Shown one piece after another: positions 1 through 7,419 of a stretch of 64,000 nt of DNA. The translations under genes and the position numbers were made by a program. Every line of letters starts with the position of its first letter. Positions within the stretch are counted from its first letter, which is position 1. This DNA is from a virus. Its lineage: Duplodnaviria > Caudoviricetes. Where the stretch lies: IMG/VR virus record IMGVR_UViG_3300029288_000063, positions 128,001-192,000 of that record, one strand, 5' to 3'. Below the pieces are notes generated by a model. That model searched no databases, was not told where the DNA came from, and worked only from the letters and a program-made list of their open reading frames with translations.

Positions 1-35
1 AGAGACCGAAGGTTCAAATCCTTCCGTGCCTACCA
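1..35 (+). tRNA. 3' part of a tRNA, truncated by the window edge; identity unknown
   Basis: T-arm GAAGG-TTCAAAT-CCTTC followed by acceptor strand and ACCA. Confidence 0.85.
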
Positions 36-38
36 AAT

Positions 39-114
39 GGGGTCGTAGCTCAACTGGGAGAGCGTCTGCATGGCATGCAGAAGGTAGAGGGTTCGAATCC
101 CTCCGGCTCCACCA
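39..114 (+). tRNA. tRNA-Ala(GGC)
   Basis: 76-nt cloverleaf, anticodon loop AT-GGC-AT, G3:U70, encoded CCA. Confidence 0.97.
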
Positions 115-183
115 AATTCAAGGTGGTTGGGTTGGCATAGATTACCCTGCCACAAGAGTTTTCCTCTGAGGAACACGTTTCTT

Positions 184-423
184 ATGAGTGATATTGATTA
201 TCTTCGTCATACTTTGTCTGGTCGAAACATGGTAACGAGGAATCCCGACCTATGCGTGTGCGCTTTTGCGTGTGCGTGTGTGTATCGGGATGGTTCGCGG
301 TTTCGGTGCCGTATAATAGACGAGGTAAACAAGGAAATTCAAAGTAGGATTGACGACTACAATCAGGCGGTTGAGCGGTGTCGCAGGGAAAAGCAGATTA
401 CCGGGAAAGAGTGGGGTGCTTGA
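184..423 (+). CDS. hypothetical protein
   Basis: ORF on the coding strand between RNA genes; ATG at 184. Confidence 0.5.
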   Translation: MSDIDYLRHTLSGRNMVTRNPDLCVCAFACACVYRDGSRFRCRIIDEVNKEIQSRIDDYNQAVERCRREKQITGKEWGA

Positions 424-430
424 GAGTTTT

Positions 431-577
431 ATGAGAAATGCCCACAACATCTATTATTCCGAGGACGACTTGTTCCCTGAACATCGTGTTCCGCCGTCCT
501 GTCCGTATCTTACCGAGTTTGTGATTCTCAGCAACCCCGAGGTAAACGATTTGCTTGTGTCGGGGGTTTTGTTGTGA
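431..577 (+). CDS. small hypothetical protein
   Basis: ORF directly following the previous gene. Confidence 0.35.
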   Translation: MRNAHNIYYSEDDLFPEHRVPPSCPYLTEFVILSNPEVNDLLVSGVLL

Positions 578-709
578 GATATTTTGAGCACGCCAAGGTG
601 AATTTGGTTGTCGCTTTCAAGGCCGCCCTGTTGTGTGTGTTTCATGTCGCACATGCCTTTGTCCCGTGTCGGTGGACCGAGCATGATTGGTGGGGGTTGA
701 ACCTTACAA
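572..709 (+). ncRNA. candidate rod-shaped structured RNA (6S-like shape, unassigned)
   Basis: Nested pairings TTGTGAG/CTTACAA, CGCCAA/TTGGTG, TTGGTT/GACCGA, AAGGC/GCCTT, GTGTGTG/CGCACAT in a non-coding gap. Confidence 0.35.
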
Positions 710-716
710 AAGATTC

Positions 717-793
717 CGGAGAGTAGTTCAGCTTGGTAGAACGCCTGCTTTGGGAGCAGGAGGCCGCAGGTTCGAATCCTGTCTCTCCGACCA
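717..793 (+). tRNA. tRNA-Pro(TGG)
   Basis: Cloverleaf, CCTGC-TT-TGG-GA-GCAGG, CCA. Confidence 0.97.
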
Positions 794-820
794 AATTCAA
801 ACACCCTCAAGGAGTTGGCG

Positions 821-1087
821 ATGTATGATGAGGAAATAAACAAAATGGTGGAAGAATTGTTTGACGCTTCCACAATGGAAGGGTCGGAGACAGGCGAGAC
901 GTGGAGTGCGCTTGCGCAGTTTGCGAATGCCCTACATTCGGATTTCGTCTCAGAGGAGTTTGTTGAAGCCCTCAAGAAAGAGATTCGTCGGCAGCATGAT
1001 GACTTGAAGGCTAATTTCCGGATTGTCGAAGAAGAACGTCGCGAAGAGGTTGTCAGGAAGTCCAGAACGCTGGAATGTATCGCGTAG
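821..1087 (+). CDS. hypothetical protein
   Basis: AAGGAG RBS upstream; acidic helical ORF. Confidence 0.7.
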   Translation: MYDEEINKMVEELFDASTMEGSETGETWSALAQFANALHSDFVSEEFVEALKKEIRRQHDDLKANFRIVEEERREEVVRKSRTLECIA

Positions 1088-1142
1088 CGGCGAGTGGCGG
1101 AATAGGAAGATGTAAGGGACTTAAAATCCTATCTCTCCGCCA
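1088..1142 (+). pseudogene. chimeric tRNA remnant (5' half tRNA-Leu(TAA), 3' end resembling tRNA-Pro)
   Basis: GGCGAGTGGCGGAATAGG..AAGGGACTTAAAATCC matches Leu(TAA); no variable or T arm; tail AATCCTATCTCTCCGCCAAATT resembles the Pro tail AATCCTGTCTCTCCGACCAAATT. Confidence 0.7.
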
Positions 1143-1237
1143 AATTATAATCCTGTGGAGAAACTATGTCTGTTTTTGATAGGTCACCGGATTGGTTGAA
1201 AAAACTCATCGGTTGGATTTGTGGTCCGTAGGGGTTC

Positions 1238-2080
1238 GTGATGTCCGTGCGCTGGTTGCTTGAAAAAGACGTGTTTTCTGAAGACTTGGAGCCGCTGAAA
1301 CAAGAGATTGTTCGTCAGGGGCACTCGTTCACAGAGATGGGGTACATCCCGTTTGGTGGCGGCGAATATGAGGACATTGTAGGCAAAGATTGTACCCTGT
1401 TTTATGGGTCGTTGAATCTCGCGTTGACTCTGTCGCGGCTGCCGTGCCCGCCGGTTATCTTTTGTGACCGGCCGAACTACGAATGCACGAAGTATTACGC
1501 CTATTTTGGCGAGTACCTGTTGAATCAGAAATATGTCATGCTGCCATTCTCCGAGTTGCGTCGTCGAAAGGATTGGTTGTTCGACAAGATTGGTGAGAAT
1601 GGGAGTATGTTTGTTCGCCCGAGTTCAGGGGCGAAAATCTTTACCGGCATGGTGATTCAAAACGACTCTTTTGAGCACGACTACAAGTTGCTTGGATTCT
1701 ATGATGTCGCGCCGCACGCTATGGTCGTTGTTGGTCAGCCTCATAATATCGTTCGTGAGTGGCGTTTGGTTATCGCGGATGACGAGGTTGTTGCCGGAAG
1801 CAAGTATCACGATGGAACCCTGAGCTTGATGTATGAGGGGTTTCCTGAGTCTGTTGGAGAGTTGGCGAATCGTATCTTGTCCGAAACGTCGTATCGTCCT
1901 GACCCCGTGTGGACTATGGATTTTTGCGAAACGAAAGATGGCAGGGTTCATCTCTTAGAAATCGGCGGGTTTAGCTGTGCCGGTTTGTACTTATGCGAGA
2001 TGGCTCCTATTGTCTCAAACGTCTCACGAATCGCAGAAAGCGTGTTTAACGGTGAATATGATGGGCGCGTGGCGGAATAG
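1238..2080 (+). CDS. ATP-grasp protein (DUF4343/R2K-like)
   Basis: FVRP..K.FTG, EWRLVI, WTMDFCE, LLEIGGFSCAGLY motifs. Confidence 0.8.
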   Translation: MMSVRWLLEKDVFSEDLEPLKQEIVRQGHSFTEMGYIPFGGGEYEDIVGKDCTLFYGSLNLALTLSRLPCPPVIFCDRPNYECTKYYAYFGEYLLNQKYVMLPFSELRRRKDWLFDKIGENGSMFVRPSSGAKIFTGMVIQNDSFEHDYKLLGFYDVAPHAMVVVGQPHNIVREWRLVIADDEVVAGSKYHDGTLSLMYEGFPESVGELANRILSETSYRPDPVWTMDFCETKDGRVHLLEIGGFSCAGLYLCEMAPIVSNVSRIAESVFNGEYDGRVAE

Positions 2081-2149
2081 GCAGACGTAAGGGACTTAAA
2101 ATCACTTATCCATAGTGTCGTGTGGGTTCGAGTCCCACCGCGCCTAACA
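2063..2149 (+). tRNA. tRNA-Leu(TAA), possibly degenerate
   Basis: Type II cloverleaf; G.A mismatch in the anticodon stem; ends ACA instead of CCA. Confidence 0.75.
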
Positions 2150-2164
2150 ACTAGGAGTGTGTTT

Positions 2165-2509
2165 ATGTCTGTTGACGGATGTTCGTGTGGTGGCGAGTGC
2201 GGGTGCAAGGGGGAAGAAAATATCCGTCGTGCCAAGCCCGGTGAGCTTGTGCGTTGTCGGTGGTGCGAAGAACTGCCGTTGATTATTTGGGATAAGGATT
2301 ACAACAATCTGAAGATTTGTTGTGATGGCGGCAACGGTGCAAAAGAGTGTTCGGCGTATCCGTCCACATCAAATGGAGGGTTTGGGCCGTCAACGGGACA
2401 TATTGTCAGTAGGCAATGGTCTGTCCTCAATTCGGAGTTGTCGCCACAAGACGCAAGGGATAGTGAAAAGCTCCACGAAGAGGTAAGTAGGAAACTTGAA
2501 GAAAAATAG
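2165..2509 (+). CDS. Cys-rich hypothetical protein
   Basis: AGGAG RBS; CRWC and further Cys motifs. Confidence 0.6.
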   Translation: MSVDGCSCGGECGCKGEENIRRAKPGELVRCRWCEELPLIIWDKDYNNLKICCDGGNGAKECSAYPSTSNGGFGPSTGHIVSRQWSVLNSELSPQDARDSEKLHEEVSRKLEEK

Positions 2510-2512
2510 CCA

Positions 2513-2532
2513 TTTTTTCTTCTGTAAACGAT
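2513..2532 (+). promoter_or_regulatory. candidate phage promoter TTTT-N12-CGAT
   Basis: Motif recurs with fixed spacing in 7-8 intergenic regions. Confidence 0.55.
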
Positions 2533-2556
2533 GTCGGTTCAAAGGAGAAAAACAAA

Positions 2557-2880
2557 ATGGCTCATAAGTTATTCACAAACGAAGTTAGAACCCGCGTGGG
2601 CAATTCAAAAAACTGGCGTCTTGCTTGTGAGTTGCGGTTTGAGGGTTCTGGTTCGTGGTGTTTTGATTGCCGTGAGTCTGGTTTCGAGATTGATGTTGCG
2701 TTCTGTGATGATGGTAATGTGTCGGCGTCCGTGTTTGCGCTTGGTGATGACGAGCAGGAGCCGATTTCATGTGTCGAACGGAAGGTATGTACAGAGGCGC
2801 AGCTTGGCACCGTGATTTCTGAAGCCGTGAAAAACGCGGTTAAGAGTCCGATGCTGAAGCATCGTCTCCTTGAGGTTTGA
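2557..2880 (+). CDS. hypothetical protein
   Basis: AAGGAG RBS, ATG. Confidence 0.75.
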   Translation: MAHKLFTNEVRTRVGNSKNWRLACELRFEGSGSWCFDCRESGFEIDVAFCDDGNVSASVFALGDDEQEPISCVERKVCTEAQLGTVISEAVKNAVKSPMLKHRLLEV

Positions 2881-2994
2881 GGTTAGTAACCGAGTACGAT
2901 TAGCCGTCCGAAAGGTGAAGTTCCCTCGGCGAAATTGAGTGAAACAGGTTCGGGTGGCACCCGTTCAATGTCGCGATAAAGTAGCCGAAAACCA
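2874..2994 (+). ncRNA. candidate multi-branched ncRNA ending in ACCA
   Basis: Closing stem GGTTT-GA-GGTTA/TAGCC-GA-AAACC; inner stems CCGAG/CTCGG, CC-GAAA-GG, TTGA/TCAA, CGGGT/ACCCG. Confidence 0.45.
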
Positions 2995-3006
2995 TTTTTG
3001 ACATAT

Positions 3007-3081
3007 TGCGGGGTGGAGCAGTGGCAGCTCGTCAGCCTCATAAGCTGAAGGTCGAGGGTTCGAATCCCTCCTCCGCTACCA
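3007..3081 (+). tRNA. initiator-type tRNA-Met(CAT)
   Basis: 1:72 mismatch, A11:U24, anticodon CAT, CCA. Confidence 0.92.
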
Positions 3082-3086
3082 ATTTT

Positions 3087-3190
3087 TCTCGTGCGTCGGC
3101 ACAGTGGACCCCACAAAGCAGTTCCCTGTGTCTAGTGTATGGTTGCATGTGGGTGTAGCCAAGATGGGTCACAGTCCCGTCGGCACGAGA
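3087..3190 (+). ncRNA. candidate structured RNA (long closing stem plus 3-way junction)
   Basis: TCTCGTGC/GCACGAGA, GACCC/GGGTC, CACA/TGTG, TGGTTGCAT/GTGTAGCCA; followed by a T-run. Confidence 0.45.
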
Positions 3191-3257
3191 GTTTTTTTCT
3201 ATGAGTGTGGTATGACCTTTTTTTGATTTGTGCCATAGGAAGAGGAGGTATCTTCCT

Positions 3258-4283
3258 ATGGTGCAAAAGGTTGTATGTCGTATTGAAGATTTGTCTGAGA
3301 AGGTCGGTTGGTATATTAGCCGTCCTGTTTTGGATTTTGAAACTTCAAGGTTGTTAATTGCCGTCAACAAGCAAGTTACGCTTGATATGGCGGAGGCTCT
3401 TGCACGACGTGGTGTTGATGTTGTTCAGGTGACTCCAGAGCCGATAGATGTTGAAAACATCGAGCCGGGAAAAGATGGCTCGATGATGGCGAAAAAGTCC
3501 AAAAAGAAGTTGATGGATTCTTTGGCTGAAATAACGATGTCTGTTCGTGGTAGACGGAAGACGGTAAACATGAAGAAATCGTTGTCGAACTTTGTTCTTG
3601 GCAACGTAGAACGAGCAATCATAGGTGTAATAGAGTCAATAAGTAACAATCCAACGTCGTGTGTGTATTTGAGTATGATTGAGGATGAAGATCCGTATTT
3701 GATTCATCATGGTGCAAACACAACGTATCTTGCGTTGTGCCTGATAAACAAGTCGCCTTATGTGAGGATGTTATTTCGAGACCCGGAAAAGGGTTTGCCA
3801 AAATTCAATGCGCCGGGTATGTCGTGTGACTATTCGGATTACGTTCCGCTTGGTATGGCGGCGATGCTGCATGACATTGGCAAAGTTTTCATGCTGGGTA
3901 CGGTGAAGGAAAACAAGAGGTTGACGGATGCAGACCAAGAGTCTTGGGAAACAATCCGTAAACACCCGAAGCTTGGCCACGATGTTTTGTTTGGGAAAAA
4001 GATAGACTCTCATGGGTTGTTGGGTATAAAATATCACCATGAGAACTTTGATGGGTCTGGTTATCCCTTTGGGATAAAGGGGTATAAGATTCATCTATAT
4101 GCGCGGATTTTGCGGGTCGTGGATAGTTTCGACGCGGCGACCTCAAAGCGTCCGGGCAGGGAACAGAAGTCTCCGGAAGAGGTGTGCGTCGAGATGTTGA
4201 AATTAGCGCGGACGCATTATGACCCGGAGATTTGTGCGCACTTTGTCGCGATGATTTTAGGTAAGGAAATTCCGGGGTCGTAG
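3258..4283 (+). CDS. HD-GYP domain cyclic dinucleotide phosphodiesterase
   Basis: LHDIGK, HHENFDGSGYP, VVDSFDA..SKRP; GAGGAGG RBS. Confidence 0.92.
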   Translation: MVQKVVCRIEDLSEKVGWYISRPVLDFETSRLLIAVNKQVTLDMAEALARRGVDVVQVTPEPIDVENIEPGKDGSMMAKKSKKKLMDSLAEITMSVRGRRKTVNMKKSLSNFVLGNVERAIIGVIESISNNPTSCVYLSMIEDEDPYLIHHGANTTYLALCLINKSPYVRMLFRDPEKGLPKFNAPGMSCDYSDYVPLGMAAMLHDIGKVFMLGTVKENKRLTDADQESWETIRKHPKLGHDVLFGKKIDSHGLLGIKYHHENFDGSGYPFGIKGYKIHLYARILRVVDSFDAATSKRPGREQKSPEEVCVEMLKLARTHYDPEICAHFVAMILGKEIPGS

Positions 4284-4349
4284 CTCAACTGGAAGAGCGT
4301 CTGCTTTGCAAGCAGAAGGTCAGGGGTTCGAATCCCCTCGGCTCCACCA
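4274..4349 (+). tRNA. tRNA-Ala(TGC)
   Basis: Cloverleaf, anticodon TGC, G3:U70, CCA. Confidence 0.97.
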
Positions 4350-4395
4350 AATTCAAAGTTGTTTGGTTTGTTCTTTCGGTTATTTTTTGTGATAT

Positions 4396-4481
4396 GGGTA
4401 AATGGCGAAATGGCAGACGCGCAAGGTTTAGGACCTTGTAGTCGAAAGACTGTGAGGGTTCAAGTCCCTCTTTGCCCACCA
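4396..4481 (+). tRNA. tRNA-Leu(TAG)
   Basis: CAAGG-TT-TAG-GA-CCTTG, long variable arm, CCA. Confidence 0.96.
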
Positions 4482-4498
4482 CAACAAAGGATACACAT

Positions 4499-4684
4499 AT
4501 GAACGTTTTCTGTAATGAATGTAAGTATTTGACAGATGATCTTCGTTGTGATTCGCCGTGCAACCTCCAAATAAAACTTTTTGGATTGGTTCTTTATGGA
4601 GGAGTTAAACCGTCGGTGCAAAATATGTATAATGACTGTGTGTTGTTTGAACGTGGAAAGGTTCCCCAAAAGGAATCTCGTTAA
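4499..4684 (+). CDS. small Cys-containing hypothetical protein
   Basis: AAGGA RBS; CNECKY motif. Confidence 0.5.
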   Translation: MNVFCNECKYLTDDLRCDSPCNLQIKLFGLVLYGGVKPSVQNMYNDCVLFERGKVPQKESR

Positions 4685-4696
4685 AATCTTCGAATA

Positions 4697-4782
4697 GGTC
4701 AAGTGGCGGAACGGCATACGCGGCAGACTCAAAATCTGCTGGTCGCAAGATCGTGAGGGTTCAAGTCCCTCCTTGACCACCA
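4697..4782 (+). tRNA. tRNA-Leu(CAA)
   Basis: GCAGA-CT-CAA-AA-TCTGC, CCA. Confidence 0.96.
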
Positions 4783-4793
4783 TTTTTCATCTT

Positions 4794-4878
4794 GGGCGAG
4801 TGGCGGAATCGGCAGACGCACGGGATTTAAAATCCCGTATCTTAAGATGTGCGGGTTCAAGTCCCGCCTCGCCCACCA
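4794..4878 (+). tRNA. tRNA-Leu(TAA), intact copy
   Basis: CGGGA-TT-TAA-AA-TCCCG, CCA. Confidence 0.96.
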
Positions 4879-4934
4879 ATAAGATATGCTTTTTTTATAT
4901 CCCTCCTAAATGTGTCGTGTGGAGGGGAAATGCC

Positions 4935-5396
4935 ATGTGTAGGTGTAATAGGTTAAAAGATATAATAAATGCTGAGAAAAGTGTTATTTTGCATCACATA
5001 GATAGACATAAATGGTTTAACAGTATTGTCGATCAGAATATCGCCATTGCAGATTTTGCATCAAAGTATGCGTGGCTTATGCGAGAAGTTTTTTGTGGGA
5101 TGATATGTGCTGAACATGAATCATGCGAGGCTGCGAAAAACATTCGTGTTTGTTTTTCCGAAGAAATCTGTCGTGAAGATTTGGAAAGTTTTGTTAAACG
5201 TTATTGCGCGAAAGAATCACTTGATGTCGCTGAAATATGCTTCCGTTTAGTAAGGCGTCACATAAATATTCACAAATGGATTCATGGAATATCTTGTTAT
5301 GATGAGGCTGTTTTTGATTTTATAGGAAGATTTGGGTGGCTGGTTTCTGATTTGTTGTGTTTGTCCAAAACTGCTTGTGATAGGTGTATTGATTGA
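4935..5396 (+). CDS. hypothetical protein with a tandem-duplicated HKW domain
   Basis: Two copies of HI..HKW...I.....A..DF...[YF].WL; GGAGG RBS. Confidence 0.7.
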   Translation: MCRCNRLKDIINAEKSVILHHIDRHKWFNSIVDQNIAIADFASKYAWLMREVFCGMICAEHESCEAAKNIRVCFSEEICREDLESFVKRYCAKESLDVAEICFRLVRRHINIHKWIHGISCYDEAVFDFIGRFGWLVSDLLCLSKTACDRCID

Positions 5397-6001
5397 ACAA
5401 GTTTTGTTTTTTCATTTTGTCATTTTTCATGCTTGTTTCGGGTTGTTCCTCTATTGGGACAACTGCCGTCAAATATTCTGTTGAAGGTCTTGGTTATATT
5501 TCCGCTGACAGGTATAAGCGGTCGGATGACGTTGTGTTAGTTAAGGGTTTTCCGGGGAAACCGAACAGGTTGTATGTTCGACGCGGGATGAATCCATTAT
5601 GGGGTCCGTCTGAACTTTTAGGCGATTCCGGGATAGGGTGGTGGGATTATGTTGAGAAAAATCGTCGCGTGCAGATTTACAGCAGCGTATCGGTTGCTAT
5701 GTTTGGAAAATATGAGTTCCTTTTGTCGCCTGATGCGTACAAGTGTTGGGTTAAAGAACGAGAACACATGAATGCAAAGTACGCATCCGAGGTTGACCTT
5801 GGTATGTATCAGCACCTTTTGCAAACTCAGGCTCAATTTGAAGAGTCGACATCGGAATTAAAGCAAGAAAAGAGAATGTTTAAAATACGTCAAAAACCTT
5901 ATATAGAGGCGGATATCAAAAAAGGGTCTCATGACGAGTTGTCTTTTGGTGAGTTAGTTGGTATTGGTTTTATTCATAAAAAGGAGATTGGGGGCGAATA
6001 G
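5393..6001 (+). CDS. putative lipoprotein
   Basis: Signal peptide with lipobox VSG-C; start overlaps the upstream stop. Confidence 0.7.
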   Translation: MNKFCFFILSFFMLVSGCSSIGTTAVKYSVEGLGYISADRYKRSDDVVLVKGFPGKPNRLYVRRGMNPLWGPSELLGDSGIGWWDYVEKNRRVQIYSSVSVAMFGKYEFLLSPDAYKCWVKEREHMNAKYASEVDLGMYQHLLQTQAQFEESTSELKQEKRMFKIRQKPYIEADIKKGSHDELSFGELVGIGFIHKKEIGGE

Positions 6002-6334
6002 GTATCGACTGAATAAGGACGTTATAGATTGCACGCCGTGGTTGGTCGGTTGGCCACGAAAAAAGCCGACTAAAGCAATAACTGCGAACGACAACGTTCG
6101 TCTCGCTGCTTAGGCGCAGCGACCGTCTGCCGGTGAGGACGCCTTAGTAACCGGACAGAAGGCCGATACGGAGGCTGACGGCGTCAAAGAACGCTGACGT
6201 TGCCCAAAGGGCAGTGACTTGGGGGAAAGTCTCCAGAAGCCCTGCTGGCGGGGCTATAAGCTGTCAGACAAGCGTGTAGACGTTTATAACTGAAATATTA
6301 CAGGACGCGGGTTCGATTCCCGCCGCCTCCACCA
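5990..6334 (+). ncRNA. ssrA: tmRNA; tag (A)ANDNVRLAA at 6084-6113
   Basis: GGGGGCG/CGCCTCC-ACCA acceptor with G3:U; TCGAC 5' motif; T-arm; resume context ATAACT-GCG; tag ends LAA-stop. Confidence 0.96.
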
Positions 6335-6349
6335 AGTAAGGGGTATTGT

Positions 6350-6574
6350 ATGGCGGATTACCATAAGTTCATTCGTAACGCCTTGGCTGCTTATGCGGAT
6401 GCCAAAGGATTTGAGTTGTCGGATAAAGCGGACAAGGTGATTGACCTTGTTGTGTTGAAGGATGGGTTCTGTCCGTGTCGTGCTGTTCCCGTTCCGTGTC
6501 CGTGTCCGTTTCACGAGGAAGAGATAGCTACAGACGGTCAGTGCCACTGTAACTTGTTTCGGAAAAAGCCATGA
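6350..6574 (+). CDS. ferredoxin-thioredoxin reductase catalytic-subunit-like Fe-S protein
   Basis: CPC..CPC..CHC.LF signature. Confidence 0.88.
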   Translation: MADYHKFIRNALAAYADAKGFELSDKADKVIDLVVLKDGFCPCRAVPVPCPCPFHEEEIATDGQCHCNLFRKKP

Positions 6575-6676
6575 AATTGTTTTTCAACTCTGTGTCTGTA
6601 AATGTGGTCGCTCGGTAATCTGACTCTATCACGTGGTAGCCGGGTTTAACACTGGCTACGCTACTTGGGGTGTTCT

Positions 6677-7147
6677 ATGGAACTTTCAAAGATGCTTCAG
6701 GAGTTTAGGGAGCAGGACTATTGCGACTATGAGAACGAGCCTCTTCTGACGCACGATGAGGACTTGTGGGGTCGTTTGACGCAGTATGCCCACCTTAACC
6801 CCGAGAAGATTTTTGCGATGGCGGAGTCGGAAGAATTTTTGAATGACCCGTCTATAGATAGAGAAGCTCTCAATGTTATGGTGAGGTACTGGTTGAAAAA
6901 TCGGTATCGTGGCGGTGGCGGTGAGATTGGGGAACCAATTCGCGGAGAGCAGTTGCCTTTCCGGCAAATCCGTTCGTTATCGGAGGCAGTCGGACAGTAT
7001 AGGTGCGAGCACGTTATGGCACAGCCTGTTCACAATGGCGGCGATAGCGGCGGTAGTGGTATTGATGAAACCGGTTTGTTCGACTTTGATATGCTGTCCG
7101 GAGACCCTGATGATGCGGATAAAGGGACAATCGAGGGATGCACGTGA
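6677..7147 (+). CDS. hypothetical protein
   Basis: Acidic ORF; 3' part overlaps another ORF. Confidence 0.55.
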   Translation: MELSKMLQEFREQDYCDYENEPLLTHDEDLWGRLTQYAHLNPEKIFAMAESEEFLNDPSIDREALNVMVRYWLKNRYRGGGGEIGEPIRGEQLPFRQIRSLSEAVGQYRCEHVMAQPVHNGGDSGGSGIDETGLFDFDMLSGDPDDADKGTIEGCT

Positions 7148-7370
7148 GTTGAGATTGATTTTTGGACGATGTCCGATTCACGGTATCCTGATGAAGACAA
7201 TAGATTGGTCACCCGGTGCTGGCGGTCAAAAGGACAGGATTATTGTCGAGTGCCCGCGCTGTCACCTTCGTGGTGACGCACTTTATGCTGATGGTCCGGT
7301 TGTGTTGTTTAGCAATCACCAGAGCGTTTTGGAAGAGTCTGCCAAAAAATCAAAAACAAAAAAGCGGTGA
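6909..7370 (+). CDS. hypothetical protein with possible Zn ribbon (start uncertain)
   Basis: CPIH...CPRC in the C-terminal part. Confidence 0.4.
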   Translation: MAVAVRLGNQFAESSCLSGKSVRYRRQSDSIGASTLWHSLFTMAAIAAVVVLMKPVCSTLICCPETLMMRIKGQSRDARELRLIFGRCPIHGILMKTIDWSPGAGGQKDRIIVECPRCHLRGDALYADGPVVLFSNHQSVLEESAKKSKTKKR

Positions 7371-7419
7371 TGGTTTGTATAGTTGTCCGACGGGTTTTTC
7401 GTCGAAAGGATGATGAGTT

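Noticed and set aside
3082-3190. Theta/HDV-like ribozyme, SRP RNA or Y RNA identity
   Set aside because: Could not find the nested pseudoknot, the SRP GGAA loop motif or a T-loop; kept only as an unassigned RNA
4285-4934. ORFs and N-terminal extensions overlapping tRNA genes (also 454..975, 2120 start, 2883..3116, 6284..6547)
   Set aside because: Translations of tRNA/tmRNA sequence; better RBS-supported starts lie downstream
6636-6659. Hairpin GTAGCCGG/CTGGCTAC upstream of 6677
   Set aside because: Single short stem with no T-run or other support
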